A stretch of DNA of 64,000 bases from Asterias rubens (Eukaryota), in NCBI RefSeq assembly GCF_902459465.1, contig NC_047068.1:1674001-1738000 (forward strand), read 5' to 3'. Positions within the stretch are counted from its first letter, which is position 1. Each line of letters begins with the position of its first letter. Both the position numbers and the translations under genes were made by a program. Below the pieces are notes generated by a model. It did no database searches and was not told the DNA's origin. It saw only the letters and a list, made by a program, of their open reading frames with translations. This document shows positions 49,915 to 61,535 of this stretch, one piece after another.

Positions 49915-50335
49915 CGAAGGGAGATATGAAAAGGGCAGGGTGAAAGAATGGACACTCTCCGGGGAGATGGACTGATTTTACCCTTCAACGATGTGTGCTC
50001 ATCGTCGGTACCTCGTGGAGACCAAGGACGATGGCCAAAAAGGAGAACACAAAACAACTCCATGTTCTAGGAGAATTCTGAGACTGGGGTGCGCCACAAG
50101 GACATTTGTGCACAGTATCTAAGGGAAACTGTTAAGTGCATAGACAAAAGAACATGAATGTTTTTGCGAAATCGTAATGTGAAACATAGCGTGTATGCTT
50201 ATGTTTTTCCCCGTGGGTGTATGGGACCATTAGTGCACGTTGCACTGCTCATCCGTTGCTGCAGGGGTAAAACCGTAATGATTTTTTCGTTAACGCCGAT
50301 GCAATATTAATCACAACATCTACATGTACGATGTT
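49915..50335 (+). mobile_element. Possible highly decayed RTE-like LINE 3' end
   Basis: One frame reads RREI*KGQGERMD...PRGDQGRWPKRR, loosely like the RTE C-terminal LRWxGHVxRM...GxRxRGRPxxRW; the 3' end shares motifs with the tRNA-cored repeat. Confidence 0.35.
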
Positions 50336-50483
50336 GTGATATTCAATGTTAAAGGGAACATAGCTCCCCATCGATAGTCACATGGCAAGATTTGGTCGAG
50401 CTATCTGCTCTTTCGGGTATCATGCATGAGACTCGGAAATCATTTAATTGTGTGTATTGCCTCGGTATAATTGGAATAGAGCT

Positions 50484-50831
50484 TCCCCGTGGACACTATT
50501 GGGAATGGTCAAAGACTAGCCTTCACAGTTGGTGTATCTCAACATATGCAAAAAATAACAAACCTGTGAAAATTTGAGTTCAATCGGTCACCCTTGTCCC
50601 ACGAAATTGTGTGCGTTTAGATGGTTGATTTCGAGACCTCAAGTTCTAAATCTGAGATCTCGAAATCAAATTCGTGGAAATTTACCTCTTTCTCAAAAAC
50701 TATGGCACTTCGGAGGGAGCCGTTTCTCACAATGTTTTATACCATCAACCTCTCCCCATTACTCGTCACCAAGAAAGGTTTTATGCTAATAATTATTTTG
50801 AGTAATTACCAATAGTGTCCACTGCCTTTAA
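50484..50831 (-). mobile_element. Kolobok-like MITE family A
   Basis: GTGGACACTATTGG ... GTGTCCACTGCCTTTAA. Confidence 0.8.
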
Positions 50832-51820
50832 TCACAGGGCAATCTTTGCTCGAGCGGTATCTGCTCATCCAGGTAGTCGGTGTTCGGTTCAACTCTCACC
50901 TGAGGTGCCCCTGGACTCTGAAATCATGAACTCATATTGGATTCGAACGTAATAGGCCTACACGAATGCATTCATCATTTCATTGTTTGTTAAAGTGTTC
51001 CATAATAATGGGAATATACATTCCCTTTTTACATACAGGGCAAACTTTGGTCATGCGATATCTGATCTTTCAGGTAGTCGGTCTTCGGTTCAACTCTCAC
51101 CTGGGGTGTTGGACTCGGCAATAATAAACTATAGGATTCGAGCCAACGAATTGGACGACATTTGGGGAAACTTCTTAGCCAACTGTCAATAATTCAAAGC
51201 AACAATCAAAATTCTACCTTGAGTGCAGAACCGCTTGAGAGACACTTAACTCAAATAGGTGAACATTTTGGACGGGGGATACAAGACCCCCCCCCCCCCC
51301 AGAAAAAAAAAAAAATTAAAATTAAAAAAAATGCACATGCAAAGTGACACCCATAAAAACATAAGAATTGATTTCCCAAACTATCTAAGATGCATCAGTA
51401 AATTCAAGGAGGCAACAAATTATCTGAAATGTCCACAAAGAGATGGGATTTTGTGTTGTCTTAATCCATCTAATGCAAGGGGATGCTTAAACTGGACAAT
51501 CTCCTTGTTATTTTCGTCTTCCTACAAATCTTCAGACAGGAGGAGCAAGTCGAGACAACAAATTGCTCAGTTAATGGTTTTACATGTTCGGTAATAGATA
51601 TTCATTGGCCACTATTGTATCTTGCAGCCTTTTCCATCAATGTTGGAGCAGTTTACACATTGAACTGTATTTCCAACATCAAAATGAAGATGTTGGAACA
51701 AAGTTGTTAGCAATTAAACAACTGTTGTTTGCCTCCATCCTCTCCTTGTGTGTAAAGTCCAGCATACATTACGGAAAGTTAGGACTCGCTGAATTTGCTC
51801 CATCCACAAATACGAATGGC

Positions 51821-52209
51821 TTAAAGACAGTGGACACTATTGGTAATTGTCAAAGACCAGTCTTTTCACTTGCTGTACCTGAATATATGCATAAAATAAC
51901 AAACCTGTGAAAGTTTGAGCTCAATCGTTCGTCAAAGTTGCGAGATAATAATGAAAGAAAACAACACCCTTGTTACACGAAGTTGTGTGCTTTCAAATGC
52001 TTGATTTCGAGACCTCAAATTCTAAACTTGAGGTCTCGAAATCAAATTCGTGGAAAATTACTTCTTTCTCGAAAACTTTGTCACTTCAGAGGGAGCCGTT
52101 TATCACAATGTTTTATACTATCAACAGCTCCCCATATAGCTTGTTACCAAGTAAGTTGTTATGTTAAAAATCATTTTGAGTAATAACCAATAGTGTCCAG
52201 TGCTTTTAA
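51821..52209 (-). mobile_element. Kolobok-like MITE family A (near full length)
   Basis: TTAA|AGACAGTGGACACTATTGG ... CCAATAGTGTCCAGTGCT|TTAA. Confidence 0.9.
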
Positions 52210-52469
52210 CTATGCCATTTTAAAGCTTCACAATGAATACACCTTTCGTCAACTAAATGAATACACCTTTCGCCATCAAATTTAGTTGACGAAAGGTTTA
52301 TAATAAAAGCCGACAGCCAGGTCGTGTGGGACGTTATGTACGGCTAATTACAACGGCCCCTGCAATAATGTGTAGCACACGAACAAAAACACTTGATTTG
52401 TGCAAACAAGATTGCCAATGTTGAGCCATTACTTTGTAGTGCCAAGAGCAATGCCACGTTACTGTTGCT

Positions 52470-52665
52470 GGTATGATCCTTTTCGGTATACAAACTCTGA
52501 AATAAGCTTCCAAATCACATCAGGAACACAACATACTTCAACACATTTGAGACACTTCTGAAAGCCCACTTGTTTCATGAGGCCTACCATCAATGACTTT
52601 TTTGTTAATGTTCTCCTGTGCCTCAGCACCTTTGAGCAAACCTTTAATTGTATAGGCGCTTTAAA
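52470..52665 (+). mobile_element. L2/CR1-group LINE 3' end remnant
   Basis: Translates L*NKLPNHIRNTTYFNTFETLLKAHLF, matching the LWNxLPxxIR...FKxxLKTHLF C-terminus of L2/CR1-group ORF2, followed by a GCACCTTTGAG...AGGCGCTTTAAAA tail. Confidence 0.72.
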
Positions 52666-53486
52666 AAAAAATATATGATTGATTGGTTAACACGATCAAA
52701 ACAACTGTTTCATTTCAAATCATATAGGCCTAAACGTCTATTTCTTCATTTCCCTTTTTCGCGCAAAAGGCAATTTAATTGTAAAAACAGCCTTCATTAG
52801 ACAATTCGTGGCATTGATCTTCCAGCCCACAAAGTGTAATGACGTACTCTGATGGACTTAAATAGCTTATGAAGAGTAAATTGCCCCAGGGTACGAGGCA
52901 TCCGTTAGCGAATAATCACCGGCCAGGTCGTGGGGCTCCTAGTCCAAAATCCCCCGTCAGAGTATTAGGATCACTCGCTAGCTCCATCGTAGGCGCTTGC
53001 AGGATTTTGGAGTATAGTCCCCTTTCTATATCCAGATAATCTGTGGGATTTGCGATTTTTATTACAATTTAATGGAGAGGAATGGTCTCAAGAGGTCTGC
53101 TGGGGACTGCGAGGCTAGAGGAGGTCTCTATGTGCTCATATCACACCGGTTGGACTGCCTATTTGCTTGCTGGTCTTAGCATTAGTATGCGTGCACACGT
53201 GGGTATCTTTACAAGGTACTCGACTTTGTCATTAAGTAGGTTTACTGACCGATCTGTGTATTTGCTTCCTCTGTGAGGACGGTAGCTTCTTACTGAATAT
53301 AAATAAAGTATATCATGAACTTCAAATTAAGTTCCTTGGTATTGGGTTATTAACCTCCTATAAGCTCAGACTAAAAAACAAACAGCCATTGTGGGCTTTA
53401 ACGGTCGTGCAGGTCAAACTTCTTATAGTGCAACGAGCTTCATTGAAGTTTGTTCATCTTTTTAAGTGCTTTTTTTATAAGTCCAG

Positions 53487-53719
53487 GGGTGGATTTCACA
53501 AAGAGTTAGGACTAGAGTTAGGACCAAATTGAGAACCAAATGGTGTCTCAATTCAGCACCAAATTGCATCATGTCCATGATACTGCAGTGATTTCGAAAA
53601 CTGTTGATTATTTCGACTCATTTAATAATTTGATGGTGACATTAAATACAGCCACGCCATTCAACCATCTAATTTCACAAAGAGTACGAACTAGTCCTAA
53701 CTCTTTGTGAAATCGACCC
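53487..53719. mobile_element. PIF/Harbinger-like MITE family H2
   Basis: CAG|GGGTGGATTTCACAAAGAGTTAGGACTAG ... CTAGTCCTAACTCTTTGTGAAATCGACCC. A decayed relative lies at about 61080-61305. Confidence 0.8.
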
Positions 53720-55054
53720 CCGATAGTCTACAAAACATATTACACCACCCTTACATCATGCAGGTAGGGCATAAAGATCGAAAGTTGTTTTCAAATTTGC
53801 GATATAACTTACATGGTATACAGATCAGGGTAGGAATTCATATTGAAATGTTTTTGAGGAATTGGTAAAATGTTTAGTTTCGATCTTGCGAGGCCAAACA
53901 AAAGTACACAGATGTTTGAAAACTGTCAAAACATGGGTGTGTTTTCGCTATTTTCTATTAGTCCGATGACTGCCGAGCTAAAACTTCTATATATGCAGGT
54001 TTGACATTTATAGATTGTAAAATTTGACGATTGCCAATACGTGCTCAAAGTATTTACTCAAAATAAACCCATTTTAAACCAATGTACTCGACTTGTTAGT
54101 CGAAGGGGAATTTGTATGATTACGAAATTACTCCTATAATTTAAATTATTGACACGAGAAACAACATTTTGGTATAAAAACACGTCAGCTTACCACACAA
54201 TAATACCTCGTGAATGAGTTAAACGCAAGACAGACGATTAAACCATCTGGGAGTACGGATAAGTCACCAATTTGCGGCTATGTCTACGTTTAAGTGCCAA
54301 TGTGAATCATATGTAAACCAAACCAATTATTCTACATCTGAAAATTACGATTCCATTCCACAGGGCTCTAAACGTGAAAACAGTGTCCACTAATTATTGA
54401 TCAAAGATGAACAAAACAGTCAATAAAAAAAAGGAATCAATAAGTACAAAAACTGGCATCTAGCTAATTTCAACTCGAAGTTTGTCATAGATTTCCTTGT
54501 GAAACGACGATGATACTCCTTAACGCAAGTTGTCTGATTAAAATTTCTTAATCAATAAAGACAAAGTGGATATGACAACCAACGATGTTTTGAGTGTTAT
54601 CTCTTTAGTCCGTCTTTAACATCGTATCATCAGTATAACATCACCGCCGTTGATGTGTTGTCTTTACAGACTATAGCCTCCATGCCCAATCGCCCGAGCT
54701 AGTATCAACAATTTATACAGGCTTCAAATCTAATTAATTTGCTTCTCAGGGAAATTAAACGACTGCAATGTAGGTTAATTGACATTCGAGAACTACAGGA
54801 AAGGACATTAGAACCTTAATATGGAGCCTATGGGGATTTGCATGTCAGCCCATATAACAATAAAGGATGATCACATATTTTGGCATGTGATGGTTTTAAT
54901 TATTATTGGGGCCAAGACCTGGAAGTGAATTCAAGGTTATATTTGCACTCCTTTTCAGTTCAATAAACCTCCTTCTCATGCACCGTAAGCAGGCTTACTA
55001 GACCTGCTTACTGTCCTAGCTACATGAGAAGCAGCAACGGCATACACACATGTT

Positions 55055-55475
55055 TAAATTTGTAAGCAAATGAACGCAAAAAATACAAGACATGTGCCCC
55101 CACACATTTTACAATTTGTAAGCAAATGAACGCGAATAAACATAAAACGTGTGCCCCCATCCCATTGTGTATTTTTTTAATGAACTTACAAATCATCTTT
55201 AAACTTAAACTGGATTTAAAATACTCTATGTCAATTTGTTTTCTGGTACTTGAGTTCTTATCCTGTTAGCATATGTTTACATTAGCCCTGTTGTCTAATT
55301 TGTTTCGTGAACTTTAAAATCATCTTTACAACTTCAACTGAATGTTAAATACTCTATCCGGTACTGAAGTTGTTAACCTTTTAACACTGTAGATAGGTTT
55401 ACTCCATGGGTTTACATGGACCCCATTGTCCTATTTTTGTTTTTGTGAACTTAAAAATGATCTTTTTAACATATA
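55055..55475. repeat. Local short tandem duplications
   Basis: TTTGTAAGCAAATGAACGC...GTGCCCCCA twice; TGAACTT.AAAAT.ATCTTT...AACTG three times. Confidence 0.7.
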
Positions 55476-55732
55476 AACTGGATTTTGCTTTATCCCGGTT
55501 TTCATCGTTTGTCTGCTTCTGGTGCTCGTCTGTCGGCTGTTCTTTTTTTGTGTGTCTGTGTGTGTTTTTGTTGTTGTGGTTGTCATTGTCGTTGTTTTGA
55601 GGTTAGAGTATTTCACACCCGTGTGTTGATAAGGTTTTATTTCACTTTTGCTTTCTCTTATAGGCAGCCCTTGGTGCTCCTTGGTTTGTAGTCCAATTTT
55701 CGGGTTTATATATTTGGTATACTTTATACTTT

Positions 55733-55865
55733 AATAATAATAATAACCCGTTTTTATACAGCGCTTTTCACACCCGGAGGGCGTCCCAAAGCGCTTCACA
55801 TTATTACCCCTGGTCACTGGGCCTTAAATCACTCCTTAAACCATCTCAGCTCCCTGGTGGGGAGT
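55733..55865 (-). mobile_element. SINE/LINE 3' tail fragment ending in (TTA)n
   Basis: (AAT)n followed by TATACAGCGCTTTTCAC...AAAGCGCTTCAC, the reverse complement of an L2/CR1-type stem-loop tail. Confidence 0.6.
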
Positions 55866-56461
55866 ATACTTTGTATTCTTATACTACTACTAGTACTAGA
55901 CCTAAATGTATTTTGGTATACTGTGATATGCCAGCTGAATAATGTATGTCCTAAAAGTTTTGTTAATTATTCTGTAAAACAATCTTCAAACTTTTACGTC
56001 AGTCATCTCATTTCTCAATTTATTGAAACCGATAATTTTGTTGTACACGACACGAGAATAATTCCGCAAGTCTTATTGATGTCAAGTGATGCCGCGCTAA
56101 AGCAACTCTCTAACTTCCGGTCATACGGTGACCTGGAGTCCAGTTCCAAGGCTTGGCAAAATTTTAACACGTAAATTTCACAAATTTCTGGCTCATTTTG
56201 ACACGAATTCTGGTTCACACTAAACCCAGAAATAGGTCAGTCCCCTGGTGACCCAGAACCTGGTGACTCTCTGACCCAGCTGCAGCTAGCTGAGAGTTGC
56301 ACGGGTACCAGGGTATAAACTTTGTAATTTTGCACAATAAAACGAGTTCCACACGCTTTTATAGAATTCAGGAAAAAACATGCCCTCTTTGTTTAGTTTT
56401 AAATTACCCCAAGGCTCCAGGGTGTCAGTAATTTATAGGCCTACTTCAAGACTTCACTCAC

Positions 56462-56547
56462 CTTTGGTAAACTGGTGGCTTTCCGGGCTTTTCATCCTTC
56501 CCGCTCCGTTGGGGACCCCACGTGAAATTCATCCTGCCAAGGCTCAT
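56462..56547 (-). other. Candidate divergent first exon (possibly coding MSLGRMNFTWGPQRSGKDEKPGKPPVYQ) head-to-head with STUB1
   Basis: GC/CpG-richer segment ending in a consensus donor AAG|GTGAGT on the minus strand, starting about 165 nt upstream of the STUB1 ATG. No downstream exon identified. Confidence 0.4.
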
Positions 56548-56712
56548 GCGACTAAGATAATGTTCAATCTGACACTTGAGGGCGCCCTTAGCAGTGATGG
56601 CGAGTTTGACAAATCTGTCGAGATAAACAGTCACTGAACAATATTTACATGCAGAAAACAGTTGGTTTATGACAGTTTCTTTAGAGTTTTCAGCAACGGT
56701 TAAAGGATAAAC
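56548..56712. promoter_or_regulatory. STUB1 5' UTR / probable bidirectional promoter
   Basis: Short interval between the STUB1 ATG and the divergent exon candidate; no TATA box, consistent with a housekeeping promoter. Confidence 0.4.
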
Positions 56713-56802
56713 ATGAGTGCAGCAGATTTGAAGGAGCAGGGCAATCGGTTCTTTGGAGCTCATAAATACGAAGAGGCAATCGGGTGCTATTCAAAAGCAA
56801 TC
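56713..56802 (+). CDS. STUB1: STUB1/CHIP exon 1 (TPR1)
   Basis: ATG then MSAADLKEQGNRFFGAHKYEEAIGCYSKAI, matching the CHIP TPR1 pattern (LKEQGN...Y.EA..CY.KAI); 90 nt, phase-0 donor GTATGT. Confidence 0.93.
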
Positions 56803-57859
56803 GTATGTATTTAATCAACGTAATCGAATACACAAAAATAACCACCAACTAAGTTAACATGGTGGTTAATATAAGCAGTGGCAGTGCTGCATAGCTGCTG
56901 GCACAACCAAGTTGTCGTTATGGATAACTTTCCGTGGTGAACTTTATTTTGTATTCCTCCATGGTCAAAAGTAGGCTAAGTAAAAGTAAAACGTGAGATC
57001 TTGAAACCATGGATTCATCGTGGTTTATAAATAAAGGAAATCACATACAAAATTTAAGTAATTATTGCATTTTTGCCTTGTATTTGCACTTGCATTTCAT
57101 TCATTGGGTACCCATTTGGTGGGTGGGATGAAAAATGAAACGATGTATTCTTGAATAAACAAACAACCAGTATTTCTTCCCGTCACTCTGTATGGTCAGA
57201 GCAAGGTTAAAACTTAAACAATTCAAAATTACAATAATGAGGAGACCAACCACCAACTTTAAAAAAATATATATATTTGAGCTTGACTAGACTTTGAGAC
57301 CCAGTATCTGGGCCTGCGCTGTACTTCTTTTCATTCTTCTTGACATCTTCGGACTCGACCTCGGGCTAATAGCGCCCATATATCTTTTGTGGTTAATAAT
57401 GGGTATGGGCAATTTGCTATGATATACAACTCAACAAGCCAAAACAAAATGCCCCTAAATGACAAACACTACAGAAAATCCTAATTTTGGTTCAACTTGA
57501 TGATTTTAAAATCTACAATTGGAGAGATCCATATCGAGCCAAGTCTTTGCACTCTCATAAAGCCTGAGGTCAAGTGTCAGTTTGCCGCTACTGTATTATA
57601 TAGGTGGTGAATGTTTTTTTTTTTTTACATTGGTTGATTCACAATCATCCACTAGAGAAATACTATTACTGTCCGTCTCCCTTATACTTTGTAATATCAT
57701 GGAAGATTCTTCCTCCATGGTAGACTGTTCCCAGCGGACCCTGTTTACGTGCTAAAAATTGTGCATGTTTTTTCACTATATTCTCCTGACTTACACACAT
57801 CTAAGCCGAGATTTTCCCAGGTTTGTTATTTCATGTTCACGTTGAGCACACAAAACATG

Positions 57860-57985
57860 AACAGTGCAGGGGGCACTTCCCTTTAAAAAACAATGGGGAG
57901 ACCCTTGAAGGGGCACCAAGGCCAAGACCAGGGGCAAACAAAAGGCCATGGCCTCTGTGGCCTCTGTAAAATTCCAGGCCTGCTC
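57860..57985 (+). repeat. Dispersed repeat ending in CAGGCCTG (hAT-like end)
   Basis: GGGGCAC/GTGCCC-rich; a similar segment ending TTTCAGGCCTG lies at about 61325-61432. Confidence 0.35.
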
Positions 57986-58088
57986 CATATTTCCTGTTTA
58001 ATAATACCTTCACCTGACTGGGTTGAATAAACAAGGTGCTTTGAGGGTGCTTTAGCTTAGTAAAAGCGCATACAACTATACTTTCTTC

Positions 58089-58182
58089 TTAAAGTCATTG
58101 GACACTATTGGTAACTTTACTAAGTTAAGGTTTTATGCTAATAATTATTTTGAGTAATTACCAATAGTGTCCACTGCCTTAA
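58089..58182 (-). mobile_element. 94-bp mini derivative of MITE family A in STUB1 intron 1
   Basis: TTAAAGTCATTGGACACTATTGG ... CCAATAGTGTCCACTGCCTTAA with almost all internal sequence deleted. Confidence 0.8.
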
Positions 58183-58210
58183 ATGTATTTTTCTATTCTT
58201 TCTATTACAG

Positions 58211-58409
58211 TTAAAGAACTCTTCCGATGGAAAGTTTTTCACCAACCGGTCGTTATGCAAACTGAAGCTAAGACGCTTTGATGCTGCTGCAGAGGACTGT
58301 CGTCTGGCTCTAGAACTGGATCAGAATAACGTCAAGGCACATTGCTTCTTGGGTCATGCACTGCTTGAACAGGAGTTATATGACGAGTCCATAGCAAGTC
58401 TATCCAAAG
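58211..58409 (+). CDS. STUB1: STUB1/CHIP exon 2 (TPR2-3)
   Basis: Polypyrimidine tract plus acceptor TACAG; LKNSSDGKFFTNRSLCKLKLRRFDAAAEDCRLALELDQNNVKAHCFLGHALLEQELYDESIASLSK aligns with CHIP TNRALC...DCRRALELD...VKAHFFLG...YDEAI; 199 nt, phase-1 donor GTGCTT. Confidence 0.92.
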
Positions 58410-58420
58410 GTGCTTTGATT

Positions 58421-58640
58421 TAATAATAATAATAATAATTATAATAATAATTGTGGGTTCTTACAATAGCGCACATGTCTGTAACCCAGTGACGCTCCTG
58501 GCGCTGTAACATACAGTATTTCCTGCCAGATGTGGGACTACGTTTGAGTTTTGAGATCTAATTCTGATAGCACCATGCAATGCTTTACAAGGTGCTGTGG
58601 CGCAATTTACTTGTGAGAGTGAGAGTAACGGATTAACTCC
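58421..58640 (-). mobile_element. SINE/LINE 3' tail fragment in STUB1 intron 2
   Basis: (TAA)n from 58421, then ATAGCGCACATG...CTGGCGCTG, same tail architecture as 8790 and 55733. Confidence 0.6.
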
Positions 58641-58884
58641 CAACGTAGTGTCTTAGAGTCTCCAGTTTTTAAACTTTTTGGTTTGGTGATACATTTAGAA
58701 GCTCAATTGATAGGCCTAAACAGTGAAACCTATGTTTACATGTATGGTGTTAACGCCATCTGGAAGTACAGGTGAACAAGAAACTGTATCGCCCAGAATC
58801 TCAAAATAAGTTAGTGTAAGCTGGTGAGTTTAAAGTAGTAGGTGAAATGGTGTATTTACTACTGTACACATTTTTTGTGGAGTT

Positions 58885-59056
58885 AAAACTTTATGAAAAC
58901 TGGAAGAAAACCCCAGATGGGAGAGACACAAGATGTGACAGTAGGAAATCAAGTAAGGACTGTAAAACCCAATCCACATAGTTCCCCCTGTAGGATTCGA
59001 ACCGGGGTCCCCAGAGATGGAATGCAGGGCAAGACACCAGTGCGCCAACCTGACTT
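58885..59056 (-). mobile_element. tRNA-derived SINE head and body (second family)
   Basis: Minus strand GGTTGGCGCACTGGTG...GGTTCGAATCC (B-box at 58993-59003), then ATGTGGATTGGGTTTT...GGGTTTTCTTCC. Confidence 0.65.
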
Positions 59057-59917
59057 ACCAAAAGTATGCCTCCCTTCAACCACTAGCGAAATCCTCTTAT
59101 TGTAAAACTGTTATAGTTTTTTAAAGTTCTGGATGGGAATCACAGGCATTTGCGATAGGCCGGGCTTTTTTTTTTTTTTTTTTAGCCCTTATGCATACGT
59201 TCCTGTTCATCGTCCGTACAAGTATGTACATAAAGACTCTATCCATTAATGTAGCATACTTGAGTTGTTGTTCTCACCAACTCGGTATGTTGGCACAAGT
59301 GTATTTCTAGCCTCAGTGCTACCACTCTTACCTACTAAAGCACTTAGGAATTGTAGCTAGTGTTGGTTTTGACCATCGGGTAAACCCAAGTGCTCAAGGG
59401 TCAGGAAGTACCGTTCATAGAATGAGGTCATTGATAACGTCATATGCAGATCTAGCATGGTTGCTACATTGTACATCAAGCCACCAACAAGCAGAACACA
59501 CAATCACGGCCAAATCTCATTGGCCCTTGCAACAAAAAGCCCTTTTTTTGCTCACTCTTCTTTGATTGCCCTACTCTGCAAGCATTGAATGTTCATTGTG
59601 TGCCTTCTTTTTTATGTTGTATCACTATTATTTGAAATAAAAATTCTTCATGCTGAACAATTTCAGAAAATCCCAGCCCTGTCTTGTAAGGCCCCGCCCC
59701 CAGACCTCTGCTCCAGCTGGGGTTAACAATATTGAGCAGGGAACTGGGTTAGTTTATGTTTCTCATGGCCCTGGTAATTCGGCTGGAATTGTAGCAGTTA
59801 AACTGGTTGTGTAGCGGTCATAAGCAGTGACGGAAATTTAGCAATTGAAAGGAAATAAACTTTGGTGAAATTTACTTAGTTTTAACAGCTGACCTTTTTT
59901 CTTGATTTTTCTTATAG

Positions 59918-60083
59918 CTCATGATCTTGCAAAGGAACTGAAGCTCAACTACGGTGATGATATAGCATGTACTTTAAGATCAGCTAAAAAGAAAAGATGG
60001 TCTGCCATGGAAGAGAAACGAATCCAACAGGAAATACTGCTACAATCTTTCCTGAATAGATTGGTACTAGATGACAAAGAAAG
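59918..60083 (+). CDS. STUB1: STUB1/CHIP exon 3 (helix 7 / coiled coil)
   Basis: Acceptor TTTTTCTTATAG; (A)HDLAKELKLNYGDDIACTLRSAKKKRWSAMEEKRIQQEILLQSFLNRLVLDDKE(R) matches CHIP LAKEQRLNFGDDI...AKKKRW..EE.RI.QE; phase-2 donor GTGAGA; phases are consistent with exons 2 and 4. Confidence 0.93.
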
Positions 60084-60240
60084 GTGAGAAGTCTTACTAA
60101 TTCAGAAGGATTTGCCGAAAGATTGTACAAAGGATAAGAAGTGCAAACTAGAGATTCAGTTACATATAATCTGTTCCGTCTTCATTTTGAGGTTCAAATG
60201 TCTGACGAATTTCAAGGTTTAATTCAGTTTCAATCTTGAG

Positions 60241-60599
60241 TTAAAGGCAGTGGACGCTATTGGTAATTACTCAAAATAATTATTAGCATTAGACCTTACT
60301 TGGTAACGAGTAGTGGAGAGCTGTTGATAGTATAAAACATTGTGAGAAACGGCTCCCTCGGCTTAGCATAGTTTTCGAGTAAGAAGTAATTTTCCACAAA
60401 TTTGATTTTGAGACCTCAGAATTGGATTTTGAGGTCTTGAAATCAAGCATCTGAAAGCACACAACTTTGTGTGACAAGGGTGTTTTTCTTTCATCATTAT
60501 CTCGCAACTTCGAAGACCAATTGAGCTCAAATTTTCACAGGTTTGTTAGACGGTTTGAAGACTGGTGTGTGACAATTACCAAGTGTCCGGTGTCTTTAA
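60241..60599 (+). mobile_element. Kolobok-like MITE family A in STUB1 intron 3
   Basis: TTAA at both ends, canonical body. Confidence 0.9.
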
Positions 60600-61535
60600 G
60601 AAAAGAGTTCTAGGGGAAGAAGAAGTTCCAAGAAGAAGAAAAAGAGGTGTTCGTGCTTTTATGCACAAACACCTAATCATGGACGCCTGAGTAAGCCCCT
60701 AAATCCTCGCCCCTACAAAACGCAGAAGTTTCATTAAAACCCTGTTGCTATCAGTGGCCTCTCCTTGTTCGGCCACAAATTCCACAGAAGCCTGTGGGGA
60801 TTATCCAAAGGACGCATGCCATGGGATTTGGACATAATACCAGCCGTACAAATAGAAAAGGCCTCTACACCCACTACTAGCCTGGGATGTATGCACAACG
60901 TAGATTTCCTTCAAATATCATGTCCTGATTTCAGTGAGAAAAATGCAGTATATGAAAGGTCAGTTGAAGAAATAACAACACGAGGAGAGATTCTATGAAC
61001 TCCGTCCGACTTCCACATTTGTTGAAAAATCAGCAGACCTACAAAATCAGACCCGGAACTACATGTTGGCCACAGAGACCATGGCCTGCGTTGCCCTAGG
61101 CTCAATTTCACAAAGAGTTAAGATTGATCTTAACTGTGCATCCATCTTAGTAATAATATAAATTATGGCTTCTTGTATAGGCCTACAGTCCACTCATGGC
61201 GCTCCAACATTATTACACCTGGTCACTAAGTAAAGTTTAATATTACAATACAAATCACTATGGTGATACCACCAACTTATCTTAAGATGAATCTGAGTGC
61301 TTTTTGAATTCCCCTTGTCTTGGCATAGGTGCCCCTTCACAAGTTTTCAATGGCCTTTGAGAATTTTCCACTTGAAGTGCCCTTTGCAAAATAAAAATGG
61401 CCTTGCCCTCTCAAAGATGAACTTTCAGGCCTGAAACATGTAACTACAAACGCTGTTCACTTTGTATGGTATATACTTCAAATGATCATCACCAACATGT
61501 CCAGTTTATACCATTTGGATTGGTTTGTTTTTTAG

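Noticed and set aside
51360-51820. Coding exon(s) in an exon-like block
   Set aside because: The frames I checked by eye are interrupted and none of the track ORFs is recognisable.
57495-57575. Intronic C/D box snoRNA (TTGATGA...CTGA with ACTTGA/TCAAGT stem)
   Set aside because: The C box is imperfect, the stem overlaps the C box, and no rRNA or snRNA complementarity was recognised; a snoscan/Infernal run would settle it.
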